From: a virus
Taxonomy: Duplodnaviria; Caudoviricetes
Direction: 5' to 3' (one strand)
DNA: 54,227 nt
IMG/VR virus record: IMGVR_UViG_3300032249_000551
Location: 1-54,227 of that record
The position numbers and the translations under genes are program-made. The notes below the pieces were generated by a model. The model was given only the letters and a program-made list of their open reading frames with translations. It was not told where the DNA came from and did not search any database. Shown here one piece after another: positions 32,180 through 41,659 of the stretch (the first letter of the stretch is position 1; every line of letters begins with the position of its first letter).

Positions 32180-32229
32180 GTTACTATTTTCCTTCTTAGA
32201 ACGCTAAATGTCTGTATAAAGGAGACTAA

Positions 32230-32391
32230 ATGTCAGTAGAGGTTGTTGCCGTAGATTTTAACCCAACTATTTGGGCTGTCTTTTGTGAACTATGTACCTC
32301 GTACATTGGTGAACCAACCCAAAACGATGAGTTAGTTGACCAAATGTACGAAGAACATTGCGCCCTCCATGGGCTTGTTCCTGAGAACTAA
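32230..32391 (+). CDS. Small C2H2-like Zn-binding protein (53 aa)
   Basis: AAAGGAG RBS; ...FCELC...EEHCALH. Confidence 0.6.
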   Translation: MSVEVVAVDFNPTIWAVFCELCTSYIGEPTQNDELVDQMYEEHCALHGLVPEN

Positions 32392-32645
32392 TTCTTTAAG
32401 AAGTTTGCTCCAGTATCTGACTTTGGCAACGGAGTTGAAGAACTCGCGTCATCAAAGTTCAGCACGCTTCCAGCAGTTTGACGAGACAGTGATACTCCCT
32501 TTTTAGAACGCCAAGAAGTTTGTTGACCAACACTTGTGTTGGTTGCTTTACTTAATGACAAAGGAGCTTCAGTTTCTTCGTGGTACTGAAGGGGTTGCCC
32601 AGTTAAACTGGTAGAACCAAATTCTGAAGAAGAAATAATTGACAT
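32388..32645 (-). CDS. Hypothetical Ser/Thr-rich protein
   Basis: 85 aa. Confidence 0.55.
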   Translation of the reverse strand: MSIISSSEFGSTSLTGQPLQYHEETEAPLSLSKATNTSVGQQTSWRSKKGVSLSRQTAGSVLNFDDASSSTPLPKSDTGANFLKN

Positions 32646-32646
32646 A

Positions 32647-33105
32647 TTAGTATGAAGCGCTGTTTCCGTCGTTAAAGTTTGGTGCTTGACGACCAGCTAC
32701 TGAACGAACAACTCTGCCGTTTGCCATTGTCTCTGATGATGCTGGGTCGTGTCCTGCAGGAAACTTCACTGAGATACGGTGACGAGCACCCATACGCTCT
32801 GACTGTGCTGCATTACCTGCAGAAACATTTGAACGGTTTGCTTTTCCGCCAGATGTTGGGTCTCCAGCTTGTGTGTTTTTCTTTGGAATTTGTGTACCAA
32901 CAGTTGGAGTTCCGCTTACATTGTTAAACTTTGCAGCATCCATACCCATATAACGGCGTGGAGAACTTGCGTGTGCTGCAGAAGCTAAGATTTCTTCTGT
33001 TGTTGGAATATTTTTGCTCATACTTTTACCTGCTGACTCTAGATGTGATGAAGGGGCGCCCATGCGACGTCGCATTGCGTGACCCATGTCTGAGAAATTT
33101 GCCAT
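32647..33105 (-). CDS. Hypothetical low-complexity protein
   Basis: 152 aa; AAGGAG RBS. Confidence 0.65.
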   Translation of the reverse strand: MANFSDMGHAMRRRMGAPSSHLESAGKSMSKNIPTTEEILASAAHASSPRRYMGMDAAKFNNVSGTPTVGTQIPKKNTQAGDPTSGGKANRSNVSAGNAAQSERMGARHRISVKFPAGHDPASSETMANGRVVRSVAGRQAPNFNDGNSASY

Positions 33106-33141
33106 GATTACTCCTTGCTTTGGTATAAGGATACGACGGTT

Positions 33142-33432
33142 TTAGCTTGCTGTAATGTGAAAGACGATTGCAGAAATTTCGCCGTCTCGTGACTCAATGG
33201 TTGTAAACCCTGGCTTATCCGTTAAATCCATACCACGAGGGGCTACATACCCACGAGCAATTGCAATGGCTTTAACTGCTTGGTTTACTGCTCCTGCACC
33301 AACAGCACGAAGCTTTACTTCACGCTTGTCATAAATGGCATGGGCAATGGCTGAGGCTACGCTTTGAGGATTGGAGCTTGCGCTCACTCGCAAAAACGGC
33401 TCTTCTTGTGATACTTCTGGTGTGTTACTCAA
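33142..33432 (-). CDS. spoVS: SpoVS-family protein
   Basis: LRVSASSNPQSVASAIA...AVGAGAVNQAVKAIAIARG.VAP.G...PGF. Confidence 0.92.
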   Translation of the reverse strand: MSNTPEVSQEEPFLRVSASSNPQSVASAIAHAIYDKREVKLRAVGAGAVNQAVKAIAIARGYVAPRGMDLTDKPGFTTIESRDGEISAIVFHITAS

Positions 33433-33439
33433 TTGTTAG

Positions 33440-33480
33440 TCCTTTGGTTCGGTGTCGTGTGCCACTCCCGAATCAAAGGA
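33440..33480 (-). promoter_or_regulatory. Hairpin sequestering the spoVS ribosome-binding site
   Basis: TCCTTTG.TTCGG / CCGAA.CAAAGGA inverted repeat; the mRNA 3' arm contains AAAGGA 7 nt before the TTG start. Confidence 0.55.
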
Positions 33481-33485
33481 TAGGT

Positions 33486-34073
33486 CTAAAACCGTGCTTG
33501 GTCTCGGTATTTAGGGTCTGACATTTGCTCAGCTACTGCCTTTTCAACTTCGTTAATTGAAAATTTTCCTACAAGGCGTGCTAAAGCGTAGGAATCTGCA
33601 GCATTGTCGTCATTGAACTCTACGCCCCATCGTTTGTATATCTGTAACAACATCTCTTGTTTCTTGGCATTCCCTTTGCCCGATGCGTACTTCTTAAGGG
33701 TCATTGGAGGAACTTTTAAAGGAAATCTACGTGGGTCATCTTCCACATACATGTCGTAGATAGCTAATCGTACGGTTGCTGAAAGTTCTCCAAGAACTAA
33801 GGCTGCTTGGCTTGCAAGTACAGTTCCTTCCATTGCTATGTCTACAACTTCTAAATCATGTTCTTCTAGATACATTAAGTGGTCTGTTAACCATTGACGA
33901 ATATCTACAAGGCGTTCAATCCCAAAATAAGGAGACTTGTATACCCAAGTAAGGTGTTTCTTTGGGTCGTCTAGAGAAAGTGCAGTTAACGCAAACCCTG
34001 TAAGAGACTGGTCAATACCAACCGTTACATTGCCTGCAGTGTTTAGTCCGCCGTCTATTACTTTAGTTGTCAT
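33486..34073 (-). CDS. RuvC-like Holliday junction resolvase
   Basis: VGIDQSLTG, IAMEG, P.TLKKYASGKGNA.K, DNAADS. Confidence 0.85.
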   Translation of the reverse strand: MTTKVIDGGLNTAGNVTVGIDQSLTGFALTALSLDDPKKHLTWVYKSPYFGIERLVDIRQWLTDHLMYLEEHDLEVVDIAMEGTVLASQAALVLGELSATVRLAIYDMYVEDDPRRFPLKVPPMTLKKYASGKGNAKKQEMLLQIYKRWGVEFNDDNAADSYALARLVGKFSINEVEKAVAEQMSDPKYRDQARF

Positions 34074-34605
34074 GAGCGTAGGAGTCCATTCTTGTGTGGA
34101 CTAGTAACTCTAGTTCCTCAAGCGTGCCTCCGTTGCTTAAAATCTTATCTACTTTATACCCATCTAATTCCGACTCAGAAATATGAGCGTTAACAGCTTG
34201 TACTCCTGGTCGTTTTATACGCCATATTTGAGCGTCATCATACTTCTTAATTGCATCCGCTTCATTTGTAAAACGAACATCAGTAATAACATAGTTACCT
34301 TCAAAATGAACCTGACGCAAAGCTTGCTGTACCCAAAAGTTTTCACCAAAAATAGTTCGTGCGCCTACCCCTAAGCTTTGAAGTAAATAGCGTATTTCAG
34401 GAAACAGCACCTTTGCTTGGTCCCAACCGTACGCACTAACTACGCTTTCAACTCTAAACCCGTCTCTAATTAATGGGTTTGTTTCAATTAACAACTCTCT
34501 AATCTTGTCTGCAAATGCAACACGAGTGTACCCATACTTCTCCACAAGTGTTTGTGCAACGCTGTCTTTACCTGATTGTGCATAACCTGTTAGGCCGATA
34601 ATCAT
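34063..34605 (-). CDS. Deoxynucleoside monophosphate kinase
   Basis: IIGLTGYAQSGKD, FAD, R..LQ..G, VITDVRF.NE, H.SE. Confidence 0.9.
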   Translation of the reverse strand: MIIGLTGYAQSGKDSVAQTLVEKYGYTRVAFADKIRELLIETNPLIRDGFRVESVVSAYGWDQAKVLFPEIRYLLQSLGVGARTIFGENFWVQQALRQVHFEGNYVITDVRFTNEADAIKKYDDAQIWRIKRPGVQAVNAHISESELDGYKVDKILSNGGTLEELELLVHTRMDSYAHDN

Positions 34606-35108
34606 GCTGAGAACTTATCTTTTCGTGTTGCACGAAAGTCATTGGTGCGACGAGTAATCTCACGAGAAACTAACGCCACATCTCTCTCAAAGTTGTTTGC
34701 TACAACCTCTACCATTTTTCGGTACGCATAGGCGTGAGTAAGCTGGTCTTCTAAATCCATAATTTTTGGGTCAGCAGCAACCTGAGCTTTGATGAGGGTT
34801 ACTCTCTCGCCTTTAACTTTTGAATTATCTTTAGCTAAAAACAATTGAGCTTCTAAAGAGTCTTTCTTTTTATTCAGTACATGCTCATCAACTTGAGCTG
34901 CAGCTAACTGACCTGCAACAAAGTTAGACCAAGCTGTTAATTGAGTAAATAAAGCACTCAACTCATCGCTATCTAATATGGAAATGTCTCTTGGCATTTT
35001 TGGTTGTTCTGATTGGTCAGGCCACATACTAATGTTTTGTTCTGCCATACGCTTTACTGCCAAGCCTGACATTGGTCCTAAATTAAGCACCCCAACCCTC
35101 CAAATCAA
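34602..35108 (-). CDS. Coiled-coil protein, possibly a recombination mediator; start uncertain
   Basis: Helical heptads, SREITRR ending; located among recombination genes. Confidence 0.5.
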   Translation of the reverse strand: MIWRVGVLNLGPMSGLAVKRMAEQNISMWPDQSEQPKMPRDISILDSDELSALFTQLTAWSNFVAGQLAAAQVDEHVLNKKKDSLEAQLFLAKDNSKVKGERVTLIKAQVAADPKIMDLEDQLTHAYAYRKMVEVVANNFERDVALVSREITRRTNDFRATRKDKFSA

Positions 35109-35940
35109 CTACTGAATTACAAGACTTGCAACCATCTGGGTTGACATTGCACTCAGGCATTTTCTTTTCATTTACGGCTTTCATTAATTTCTGTGCACTA
35201 AAGAAAATACGCTCAACCATTTCGTAGTCTGCTTTAACTGTAAATTCTTTAGTTGCTTGGTCTGCCTTGTTCTCGTATAAAAAAACAATTTCTTTTGGCG
35301 CTTCTTCACCGTACATACGGTGTGCTAATTCTAAATACATCTGACCCTGCAGTAAATGGCTGCGGAATGGACGACGAATGTTGTTGAATGCTTTGGCAAT
35401 GTCTCCGCCAGCATCTGCAAGAATGTCGGGGGCTTCAAAGCGTAGGGTTCCTGCGCCAATAGACTTGATTTCAATTAAGCAATCATCTCCGATGTCTTTA
35501 ATCCAACCATCTGTGTGCCCTGCGATGCGTAAGTTGTCATCTACAAGAGTAACTTCTCGGTACTCCATAACGTCTTTACGACCACAGTCTTTGCAAGCTG
35601 GAGAGATACCTATGGTCATTACTTGACAAGCTAAGCACTCAAACTTCCCATAAAGAACATTCATTTCCTGGAAACGAGACTGCCACTTAGCGTGGATGTA
35701 ATGGCCTTCATCAAAGATGTTTTGCAATCTAAGATTTGGTTTGTTTCTATTCGCTTCTCCACCCGTTAGTAAATGATAAGCATAACGGTGACACCAATCA
35801 GGTTTGATTATTTCTGACGGGTGGAGTACATCTTGGCGACGGTCGTCTAACGGACGGCGCATAAGGTGCCGTTCAACATCACCCAATAAGCGTGTTGTCG
35901 TCTTCTTTGCATCTAAGAACTTCTTTAGTTCTGTAGCCAT
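35083..35940 (-). CDS. Cas4-like PD-(D/E)XK exonuclease
   Basis: HPSE...C.R, G..IH, GHTDG, IEIKS, Q..MY, C-terminal Cys cluster. Confidence 0.85.
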   Translation of the reverse strand: MATELKKFLDAKKTTTRLLGDVERHLMRRPLDDRRQDVLHPSEIIKPDWCHRYAYHLLTGGEANRNKPNLRLQNIFDEGHYIHAKWQSRFQEMNVLYGKFECLACQVMTIGISPACKDCGRKDVMEYREVTLVDDNLRIAGHTDGWIKDIGDDCLIEIKSIGAGTLRFEAPDILADAGGDIAKAFNNIRRPFRSHLLQGQMYLELAHRMYGEEAPKEIVFLYENKADQATKEFTVKADYEMVERIFFSAQKLMKAVNEKKMPECNVNPDGCKSCNSVVDLEGWGA

Positions 35941-35941
35941 G

Positions 35942-36274
35942 TTAGTCCTTACTGAAAATAAACTCCTTAAGAGTCATCTTCTTAGCGAATGATTTTTTCC
36001 ACTTACGTATTAAAGCATTTCTTTCTCTGTGGCTCAATCCTCCCCAGATTCCGTGTGGTTCGTCACGAGTGACTGCATCCCACAAACAACCTTTTAGTAC
36101 AGGGCATGGACTTTTACCATTTTCACCAAGGCAATACACCTTAGCTTTATCGGCAATTAATTTATATCGGTCCTTATCTCTTGGAGGATAGAAAATGTCT
36201 TCTTCCTCTTGGCTTTTAGGAGCGGCTCCAAAGCAACGTGCTTTAGACCACCACGGCGATTCATTTTCATACAT
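35942..36274 (-). CDS. whiB: WhiB-family transcription factor
   Basis: W..ARC, FYP, AK..C, CPV...CL..A, GIWGGLS..ER. Confidence 0.9.
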   Translation of the reverse strand: MYENESPWWSKARCFGAAPKSQEEEDIFYPPRDKDRYKLIADKAKVYCLGENGKSPCPVLKGCLWDAVTRDEPHGIWGGLSHRERNALIRKWKKSFAKKMTLKEFIFSKD

Positions 36275-36277
36275 GTA

Positions 36278-36595
36278 TTAAGCATCCTTTAGACGGTCCC
36301 TCATCTCTAGAAAGTCGTCTTCAAGAAGAATTACGTAATTCTCCCCATCTAGATGAACGCCCAATACTGGTATACGTCCATCAAGGATGGCCTCTGTCGT
36401 TATTTTTTTCAACACCTCTGACTTTACAGAAAAAGATTTCTTCCCTGTAAACTTATGTTCAATCAAGAGGTCGCTTGACCGAACATCTCCCTTATGAGAC
36501 CAAAACGCTCCAGATGCAGCCATAGTTTTACCGCCAATTTTCTTAGCAAGTCTCTTCTCGTGCTTCTGAGATTGTTTTTGCCCTTCAGTCTTCAT
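36278..36595 (-). CDS. PD-(D/E)XK nuclease (Holliday-resolvase-like)
   Basis: HEKRLAK..GG....SGA....GDV....LIEHK; start reassigned to MKTEGQ. Confidence 0.7.
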   Translation of the reverse strand: MKTEGQKQSQKHEKRLAKKIGGKTMAASGAFWSHKGDVRSSDLLIEHKFTGKKSFSVKSEVLKKITTEAILDGRIPVLGVHLDGENYVILLEDDFLEMRDRLKDA

Positions 36596-37631
36596 CAATT
36601 GCCAATGGTGCTGCATCTGATGAAAGTACCGCTGCTTGTATAGCTTCTTTAAGGTCAACTTCTTCACGGATGCTTGCAATGACAGACTCAATACCCTGCC
36701 ACTTACGCTCACCGTGATAAAACCAACCACCTTTGCGTTCAATAACTCCCATGATTACACCGAGAGAGGCAATTTCTTTAGCGAAATCAAACTCCCCAGG
36801 TTCACAGGCGCCACCTGGCGCAAAGTAGAAATCAAAGTATGCAACACGCTGTGGTGGTGCAGTCTTGTTCTTTAATGTACGAACAACAATTTGTTGCCCT
36901 ACTCGTACTTTGTTTGTTCCTGAACCAATTTCAATCCATTCCTTACGACGTACTTCGCAACGAGTAAAGAACGCATAGTTCTTTCCTTCTCCTCCAGGAG
37001 TTGTGCGGGGGTCACCATGCATTACGCCGATTTTCATTCGGTACTGGTTGATAATCAACCCAAGAACAGGACGCTCATCTTCAGTTAGAGAACGTTTCAT
37101 TGCTGTACCAACTACACGAAAAAACTTGTTTGTAAGAAGTGCTCCACGACCAACGGTTGCCTCACTCATATCTTTTTCCATCTCTGGCATTGGAGACAGT
37201 GCTGGCAGTGAATCAATAACAATTGCGTCTACAGACTTGGACTCAGCAAACTCAATGACTGCTTGGTATGCCTCCTCCATAATAGAGGTTTCAATAACAA
37301 TAACGCGAGACGTGTCTACGCCACACATTACTGCATACTCTGGCACCCATTGCTCAGCAGCTACCCAAACAGTTGTGTAGTCAGGGTTCAGTGCTTGATT
37401 CGCTGCAATAGTTTTAAGAGCGAGAGCTGTCTTGCCGTGCGACGGTTCCCCAATAAGTTCGTTCCATTGATTCCCAGGGAAACCACCGCCCAGTACAAAA
37501 TCAAGGGTAGTAGAGCCACTAGTAATACGAGGGATGATATCACTACGAATATCCGACGCCATAACAACAACGTCACCTTTAAACTTTTTGTTAAGTTGTG
37601 CAATAAGTTTGCGTGCTTCAGCATTTATCAA
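36585..37631 (-). CDS. recA: RecA/UvsX recombinase
   Basis: SGS..LD..LGGG.P, GEPSHGKT, VIDSL, INQYR, TPGG...F. Confidence 0.93.
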   Translation of the reverse strand: MINAEARKLIAQLNKKFKGDVVVMASDIRSDIIPRITSGSTTLDFVLGGGFPGNQWNELIGEPSHGKTALALKTIAANQALNPDYTTVWVAAEQWVPEYAVMCGVDTSRVIVIETSIMEEAYQAVIEFAESKSVDAIVIDSLPALSPMPEMEKDMSEATVGRGALLTNKFFRVVGTAMKRSLTEDERPVLGLIINQYRMKIGVMHGDPRTTPGGEGKNYAFFTRCEVRRKEWIEIGSGTNKVRVGQQIVVRTLKNKTAPPQRVAYFDFYFAPGGACEPGEFDFAKEIASLGVIMGVIERKGGWFYHGERKWQGIESVIASIREEVDLKEAIQAAVLSSDAAPLAIDED

Positions 37632-38002
37632 TTTACTCTCCCAATAATTCCCTGTGGATTCCAGTTACTTTGAACATCATTACCTTGCGCAGATTTTGCA
37701 CTGCCTTCTACTTTGGCTCCAGTCAATGAGCCGTAACGACTGCCTGCTTGTGTTATTGGATATCCACAGTCGTAACATCTGGCTGCAGCGTTCTGTACTG
37801 CCATGTAGTTGTTGCCACCGCACTCAGGACAAGATTGAGTTTGACTTGCGCTTTGTGCTTTAGAAAGCGGTTGAGTGTATGCGGGTTGTGGCATTGGAGC
37901 CATCGGCTGTTGTGATGGTGGCATTGGTACATCTGCAGGGCGAGCAACAGGCTGTGCAGGTTGCGCTCCCAGTTGTTTAGCCCACCAGTCGGCACTACTC
38001 AT
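37628..38002 (-). CDS. Pro/Gln-rich Zn-ribbon protein
   Basis: CPECGG.NY...RCYDCGYP; start MSSADWW. Confidence 0.7.
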   Translation of the reverse strand: MSSADWWAKQLGAQPAQPVARPADVPMPPSQQPMAPMPQPAYTQPLSKAQSASQTQSCPECGGNNYMAVQNAAARCYDCGYPITQAGSRYGSLTGAKVEGSAKSAQGNDVQSNWNPQGIIGRVN

Positions 38003-39999
38003 TTTGCTTCTCCCCACTTGTCTACAATCTTTACTTCAGCAATTAAAGGAACTGTAATTTCTTGCAAGTTAATTCCTTCCATAGATAACCGAATGGCTTC
38101 GGCTGTCTCTTCTGCTAAATCTTCACGTGCAACTGTAACGAGTTCGTCGTGCACCGTCAACACCACATTAACATCTGGTTCGTCTATAAAACAAGAATGT
38201 GCTCTAACAATGGCAAGTTTCATCAAATCTGCTGCAGAACCTTGAATAACAGTGTTAAATGCTTGTCGGTCTGCTCTGCTACGGAGCCCTTTGTCTGTGG
38301 ACTTTAGGTCAGGGATGTAACGACGGCGACCAAAAACAGTCTCTACGAAAGGGGTTGGAGATTGTTGACTAGCTAATCGTGTTACCTTTGCTTTGTACTT
38401 AGCAATGTCGTTAAATCTTTCAGTGAAATCATTAAGAAGTTTTCTTGCTGCGTCCACAGTTAGCCCAAGAGACGAAGCAATTTTGTCAGGGCCTACACCG
38501 TAGGTCATAGCTAACACCAATACTTTACCTGCTTTACGGTCAAGTCCAACTGTGTCACCAATAGTTGTGTAAATGTCTTTACCATTTAAATAGTTGTCCA
38601 TCATAATTGGGTCGTTAGAGAATGAAGCAACAATACGAGGTTCAATCTGAGAGTAATCAGCAACTACTAACTTATAGCCTGGAGGTGCTACAAAGAGATT
38701 ACGAATAAGCTTTCCATACTGACCACTGCTTGGAATATTCTGTAGATTTGGGTCACTGCTGGAGAAACGTCCTGTCTCTGCTCCGTGTGACTTAAAGCTT
38801 GTGTGTACTTTGCCGTTAATTAAAAGCGATTTCTTTTCAAGAATACGTGACTTACCTGCGTTAGTACGAACAATGTCTCCACCTAAGTACGGCATTACAT
38901 ATGTAGTCATAAGCTTATTTAAATCTTGATACTCAAGAATTGCATCAACCAACTCATCTTTAGCGCGATAAAACTCTAGTGCCTCTGATGAAACAGAATA
39001 CTGATTAATAGTTAACGGCAATCTTGCAGCTAACATATCTTGCCCTTTAGTAGTCAGAGCAATCTTAATCTTAATGTTAGGAGTAATGCCACGACCACCT
39101 TCTTCTTTAGGTGAGAACAATATCTTTTGTTTTTCTTGCACCGAGTTCATTGGGAATGGTTTTCCTGCAAGCCTATACGCACGAGCAACTGCGGCATCAA
39201 TATCTATTTCAAGGCGTTTTTTTAAATTAGTTAACTCTTCAACGTCAACAGTTGCTCCAGCTAACTCCATATCACATAAAGCGCCAACAATATCCATCTC
39301 TAGTCCCCATACACGGGCAAGACTTCCCGTTAATTTAGGGGCTAACTCTTTATACAACTTCCAAGTAACCTCGGAGTCAAACCCTGAATAGTGTGCTACC
39401 TCTGAAAAAGAATGGACCTCAACCATTGCTCCAATACCTTTTTCAACTTTAATCTTTAAATACTTTTCAGAGCAATCTTTTAATCCAAGCTTTCCACGAT
39501 TACGATTATCAATAACAAATGCAGCCATCAAAGTGTCAAAGAAAGGTTTTTTAGGTACTACGCCTCGGTAATACTTAGCAATTGATTTAAGGTCAAACTT
39601 TATGTTATGACCAACCTTTAACTGGTCACTAAAGAACAAAGGTTTTAAGGCTTTAAACACATCTCCAGGTAACAACTGCTCTGGTGGCGCATCAAATACT
39701 GGAGTCCACTTAGCTTGGTTCTTTGAGTAGTCTGTTTCTTTTAGCTCTTTACCTGCAGCAACTTTCTTTTGACCACTTAGAAGCAACTCTTTATCCCAGT
39801 GTAAGAAGTCACCATTTGGGTGCCCCATAGGGATTACATCAGTACGACCTTCAGTAGCTAATGACAGCCACAACACATCATTTACAACAGGTTGGATTCT
39901 ATTTTCTCCAACTGTTTCCACGTCAAATGCAAAACCATCTACCTTGGAGTAAAACTCAACAAGTTCTTCAAGCTGTTTCTTAGTTGTAATTATGTTCAT
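37999..39999 (-). CDS. polA: Family A DNA polymerase with 3'-5' exonuclease domain
   Basis: FDVET, HNIKFD, TGRFSSSDPNLQNIP, DYSQIE, R...K...L...YG, IQGSAAD, VHDE. Confidence 0.95.
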   Translation of the reverse strand: MNIITTKKQLEELVEFYSKVDGFAFDVETVGENRIQPVVNDVLWLSLATEGRTDVIPMGHPNGDFLHWDKELLLSGQKKVAAGKELKETDYSKNQAKWTPVFDAPPEQLLPGDVFKALKPLFFSDQLKVGHNIKFDLKSIAKYYRGVVPKKPFFDTLMAAFVIDNRNRGKLGLKDCSEKYLKIKVEKGIGAMVEVHSFSEVAHYSGFDSEVTWKLYKELAPKLTGSLARVWGLEMDIVGALCDMELAGATVDVEELTNLKKRLEIDIDAAVARAYRLAGKPFPMNSVQEKQKILFSPKEEGGRGITPNIKIKIALTTKGQDMLAARLPLTINQYSVSSEALEFYRAKDELVDAILEYQDLNKLMTTYVMPYLGGDIVRTNAGKSRILEKKSLLINGKVHTSFKSHGAETGRFSSSDPNLQNIPSSGQYGKLIRNLFVAPPGYKLVVADYSQIEPRIVASFSNDPIMMDNYLNGKDIYTTIGDTVGLDRKAGKVLVLAMTYGVGPDKIASSLGLTVDAARKLLNDFTERFNDIAKYKAKVTRLASQQSPTPFVETVFGRRRYIPDLKSTDKGLRSRADRQAFNTVIQGSAADLMKLAIVRAHSCFIDEPDVNVVLTVHDELVTVAREDLAEETAEAIRLSMEGINLQEITVPLIAEVKIVDKWGEAK

Positions 40000-40021
40000 T
40001 TAATACCCCTCAAATTAGTGT

Positions 40022-40060
40022 GTAGTAGGGGCCTGGAAACGGAAGACAGGCCCCTACTAC
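40022..40060. terminator. 14-bp perfect stem-loop between SSB and polA
   Basis: GTAGTAGGGGCCTG / CAGGCCCCTACTAC. Confidence 0.6.
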
Positions 40061-40070
40061 TGTGGAAGTT

Positions 40071-40721
40071 TTACGCTATTGAACGTGCGATTTCAAGAAG
40101 TTCAGAGCGAGGGGTCTCTCGGACTACTTCGTCTGCTGTAAATAATTCAGCAGATGCAATCTGTTCGTTAACGTTTTCAAGGTCTAACTTCCACTCCTCG
40201 GCAAGGTCACGACCACGTACATAGTTGAGGGTGTACTGTGTCGTTGGGCCTGTTCCCATGCGAGAAATTTCCCAGAACTCACGGTCAAGTGGTCCCTTAC
40301 GCTCATCGTCATGAGCTTTCTTAATCTGACGAGCCAATGATGGTGGAGCAGTTAAAACCTGCACACCTGTAGTCTCGCCAACAATAACGAGAATGTTAAA
40401 AGCAAATTTGCCACGAGGCTTATCCCCAAGGATGTCGCAAAGTGGGCATGTGTCTCCGATACAAACAAAGGACTTCTTGCCCTTTGGACGTTCAATCCAG
40501 TGCTGCTCGTAAGTAGCGAATGGACGGTCTTGGAGGAACTTGATGAGCTGTGGCTCATCTGAGAAACGGAAATCAGTTGGGAACTCTGAGTTGTCTGTCT
40601 TTAACAGAGCATCTACTGCATCCCAACCTTCTTGTACGGTTGTTCCAACCTTTGGCTGGATTGTTTCGCTGTCTTCAGCGAGGTATGTGTCAGCATCAAC
40701 TGACGGTTTTGCAATCGGCAT
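40071..40721 (-). CDS. Single-stranded DNA-binding protein (gp32-like, Zn-binding)
   Basis: IKFL, QHW, FVC...CPLC, ISR.GTG..T.Y; located next to polA. Confidence 0.7.
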   Translation of the reverse strand: MPIAKPSVDADTYLAEDSETIQPKVGTTVQEGWDAVDALLKTDNSEFPTDFRFSDEPQLIKFLQDRPFATYEQHWIERPKGKKSFVCIGDTCPLCDILGDKPRGKFAFNILVIVGETTGVQVLTAPPSLARQIKKAHDDERKGPLDREFWEISRMGTGPTTQYTLNYVRGRDLAEEWKLDLENVNEQIASAELFTADEVVRETPRSELLEIARSIA

Positions 40722-40743
40722 TTGGTTCCTTTGGTAATGAGGC

Positions 40744-41220
40744 CTAACGGCTCTCGGTGGATGTGATGTCCTTCCAGCGGCTAATTAGTGCCTCTGTAAG
40801 GTCTTCGTGCTGGCCCCACTCTACACGAGCAGTGCCTATCAAGCCTCTCTTGGCGAACTCGTCAACAGTGGCTTCAATCAGCGCTCTAGTATACACCCGA
40901 TTGCCACCAGTTTTCTTACCGCCAAGTGTTTTGGCACGAAGTCTGTATGGCGCTCTGGGGATGTAACCTTTGCGTTCCCATAGACGAATAGTCACAATTT
41001 GCTTTTCCAACGCTAGTGCTAATGCACCGATTGTAAAGACCTCTGTATCTTCTCCGCCTAATCGTTTAATGATTGGGTTTGCATCCCAGCCATTTGTTTC
41101 TCCCGCCTTACGACGAGAAACCTTTGGGTCCGCCTCACGGCGTTTCTTCTTGGAGCCAGGGATGTACTCTAAATCGGCAAATGCCTTTTCAATTTCGTCC
41201 TGCCCTCTTAGTCCAGCCAT
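40744..41220 (-). CDS. MerR-like HTH DNA-binding protein
   Basis: FTIGALA.AL.K..VTIR.WERKG.IP...R.YT. Confidence 0.75.
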   Translation of the reverse strand: MAGLRGQDEIEKAFADLEYIPGSKKKRREADPKVSRRKAGETNGWDANPIIKRLGGEDTEVFTIGALALALEKQIVTIRLWERKGYIPRAPYRLRAKTLGGKKTGGNRVYTRALIEATVDEFAKRGLIGTARVEWGQHEDLTEALISRWKDITSTESR

Positions 41221-41221
41221 G

Positions 41222-41659
41222 TTACTTCTTCAGCACCAATGCCCAAGTAATTGATTGTGGATACATGTCATCTACTTCTTCTTCAGTAAGCACATCTTCG
41301 TAGAGAGCAGCCATAAGAGCGTCTTCATCTACAACACGGATTGTTTTATACAGAACATCTTCAAGTCCATGTTTAATAATAATCTCTTCTGCTAGTGCCT
41401 CATCAATTTTGCGAGATACACGGCGTTGTTTAACTACTGAGGAGTAACCTTCTACTTCTTCTGGAAGTTCAATAACAACATTACCTTTGTCATCTTCTTC
41501 GCCAATTTCATCAAGGTTCTCAAACAACAATGCACGAAGTGCTTTCTGTTCTTTTTCTAAATAATCTAATTGTGCTTTTAAAAAAGCATACTTTTTAGTG
41601 CGAGAAATTAAATCGTTCTCGTCAGAAAAACGTGGTTCTTCATTTTTTACTCTTGCCAT
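41222..41659 (-). CDS. Hypothetical acidic coiled-coil protein
   Basis: 145 aa, in replication cluster. Confidence 0.65.
   Translation of the reverse strand: MARVKNEEPRFSDENDLISRTKKYAFLKAQLDYLEKEQKALRALLFENLDEIGEEDDKGNVVIELPEEVEGYSSVVKQRRVSRKIDEALAEEIIIKHGLEDVLYKTIRVVDEDALMAALYEDVLTEEEVDDMYPQSITWALVLKK

Noticed and set aside
35083-35940. CRISPR-Cas system suggested by the Cas4-like gene
   Set aside because: No cas1/cas2 or array; it sits among RecA, RuvC and WhiB genes as a stand-alone phage exonuclease
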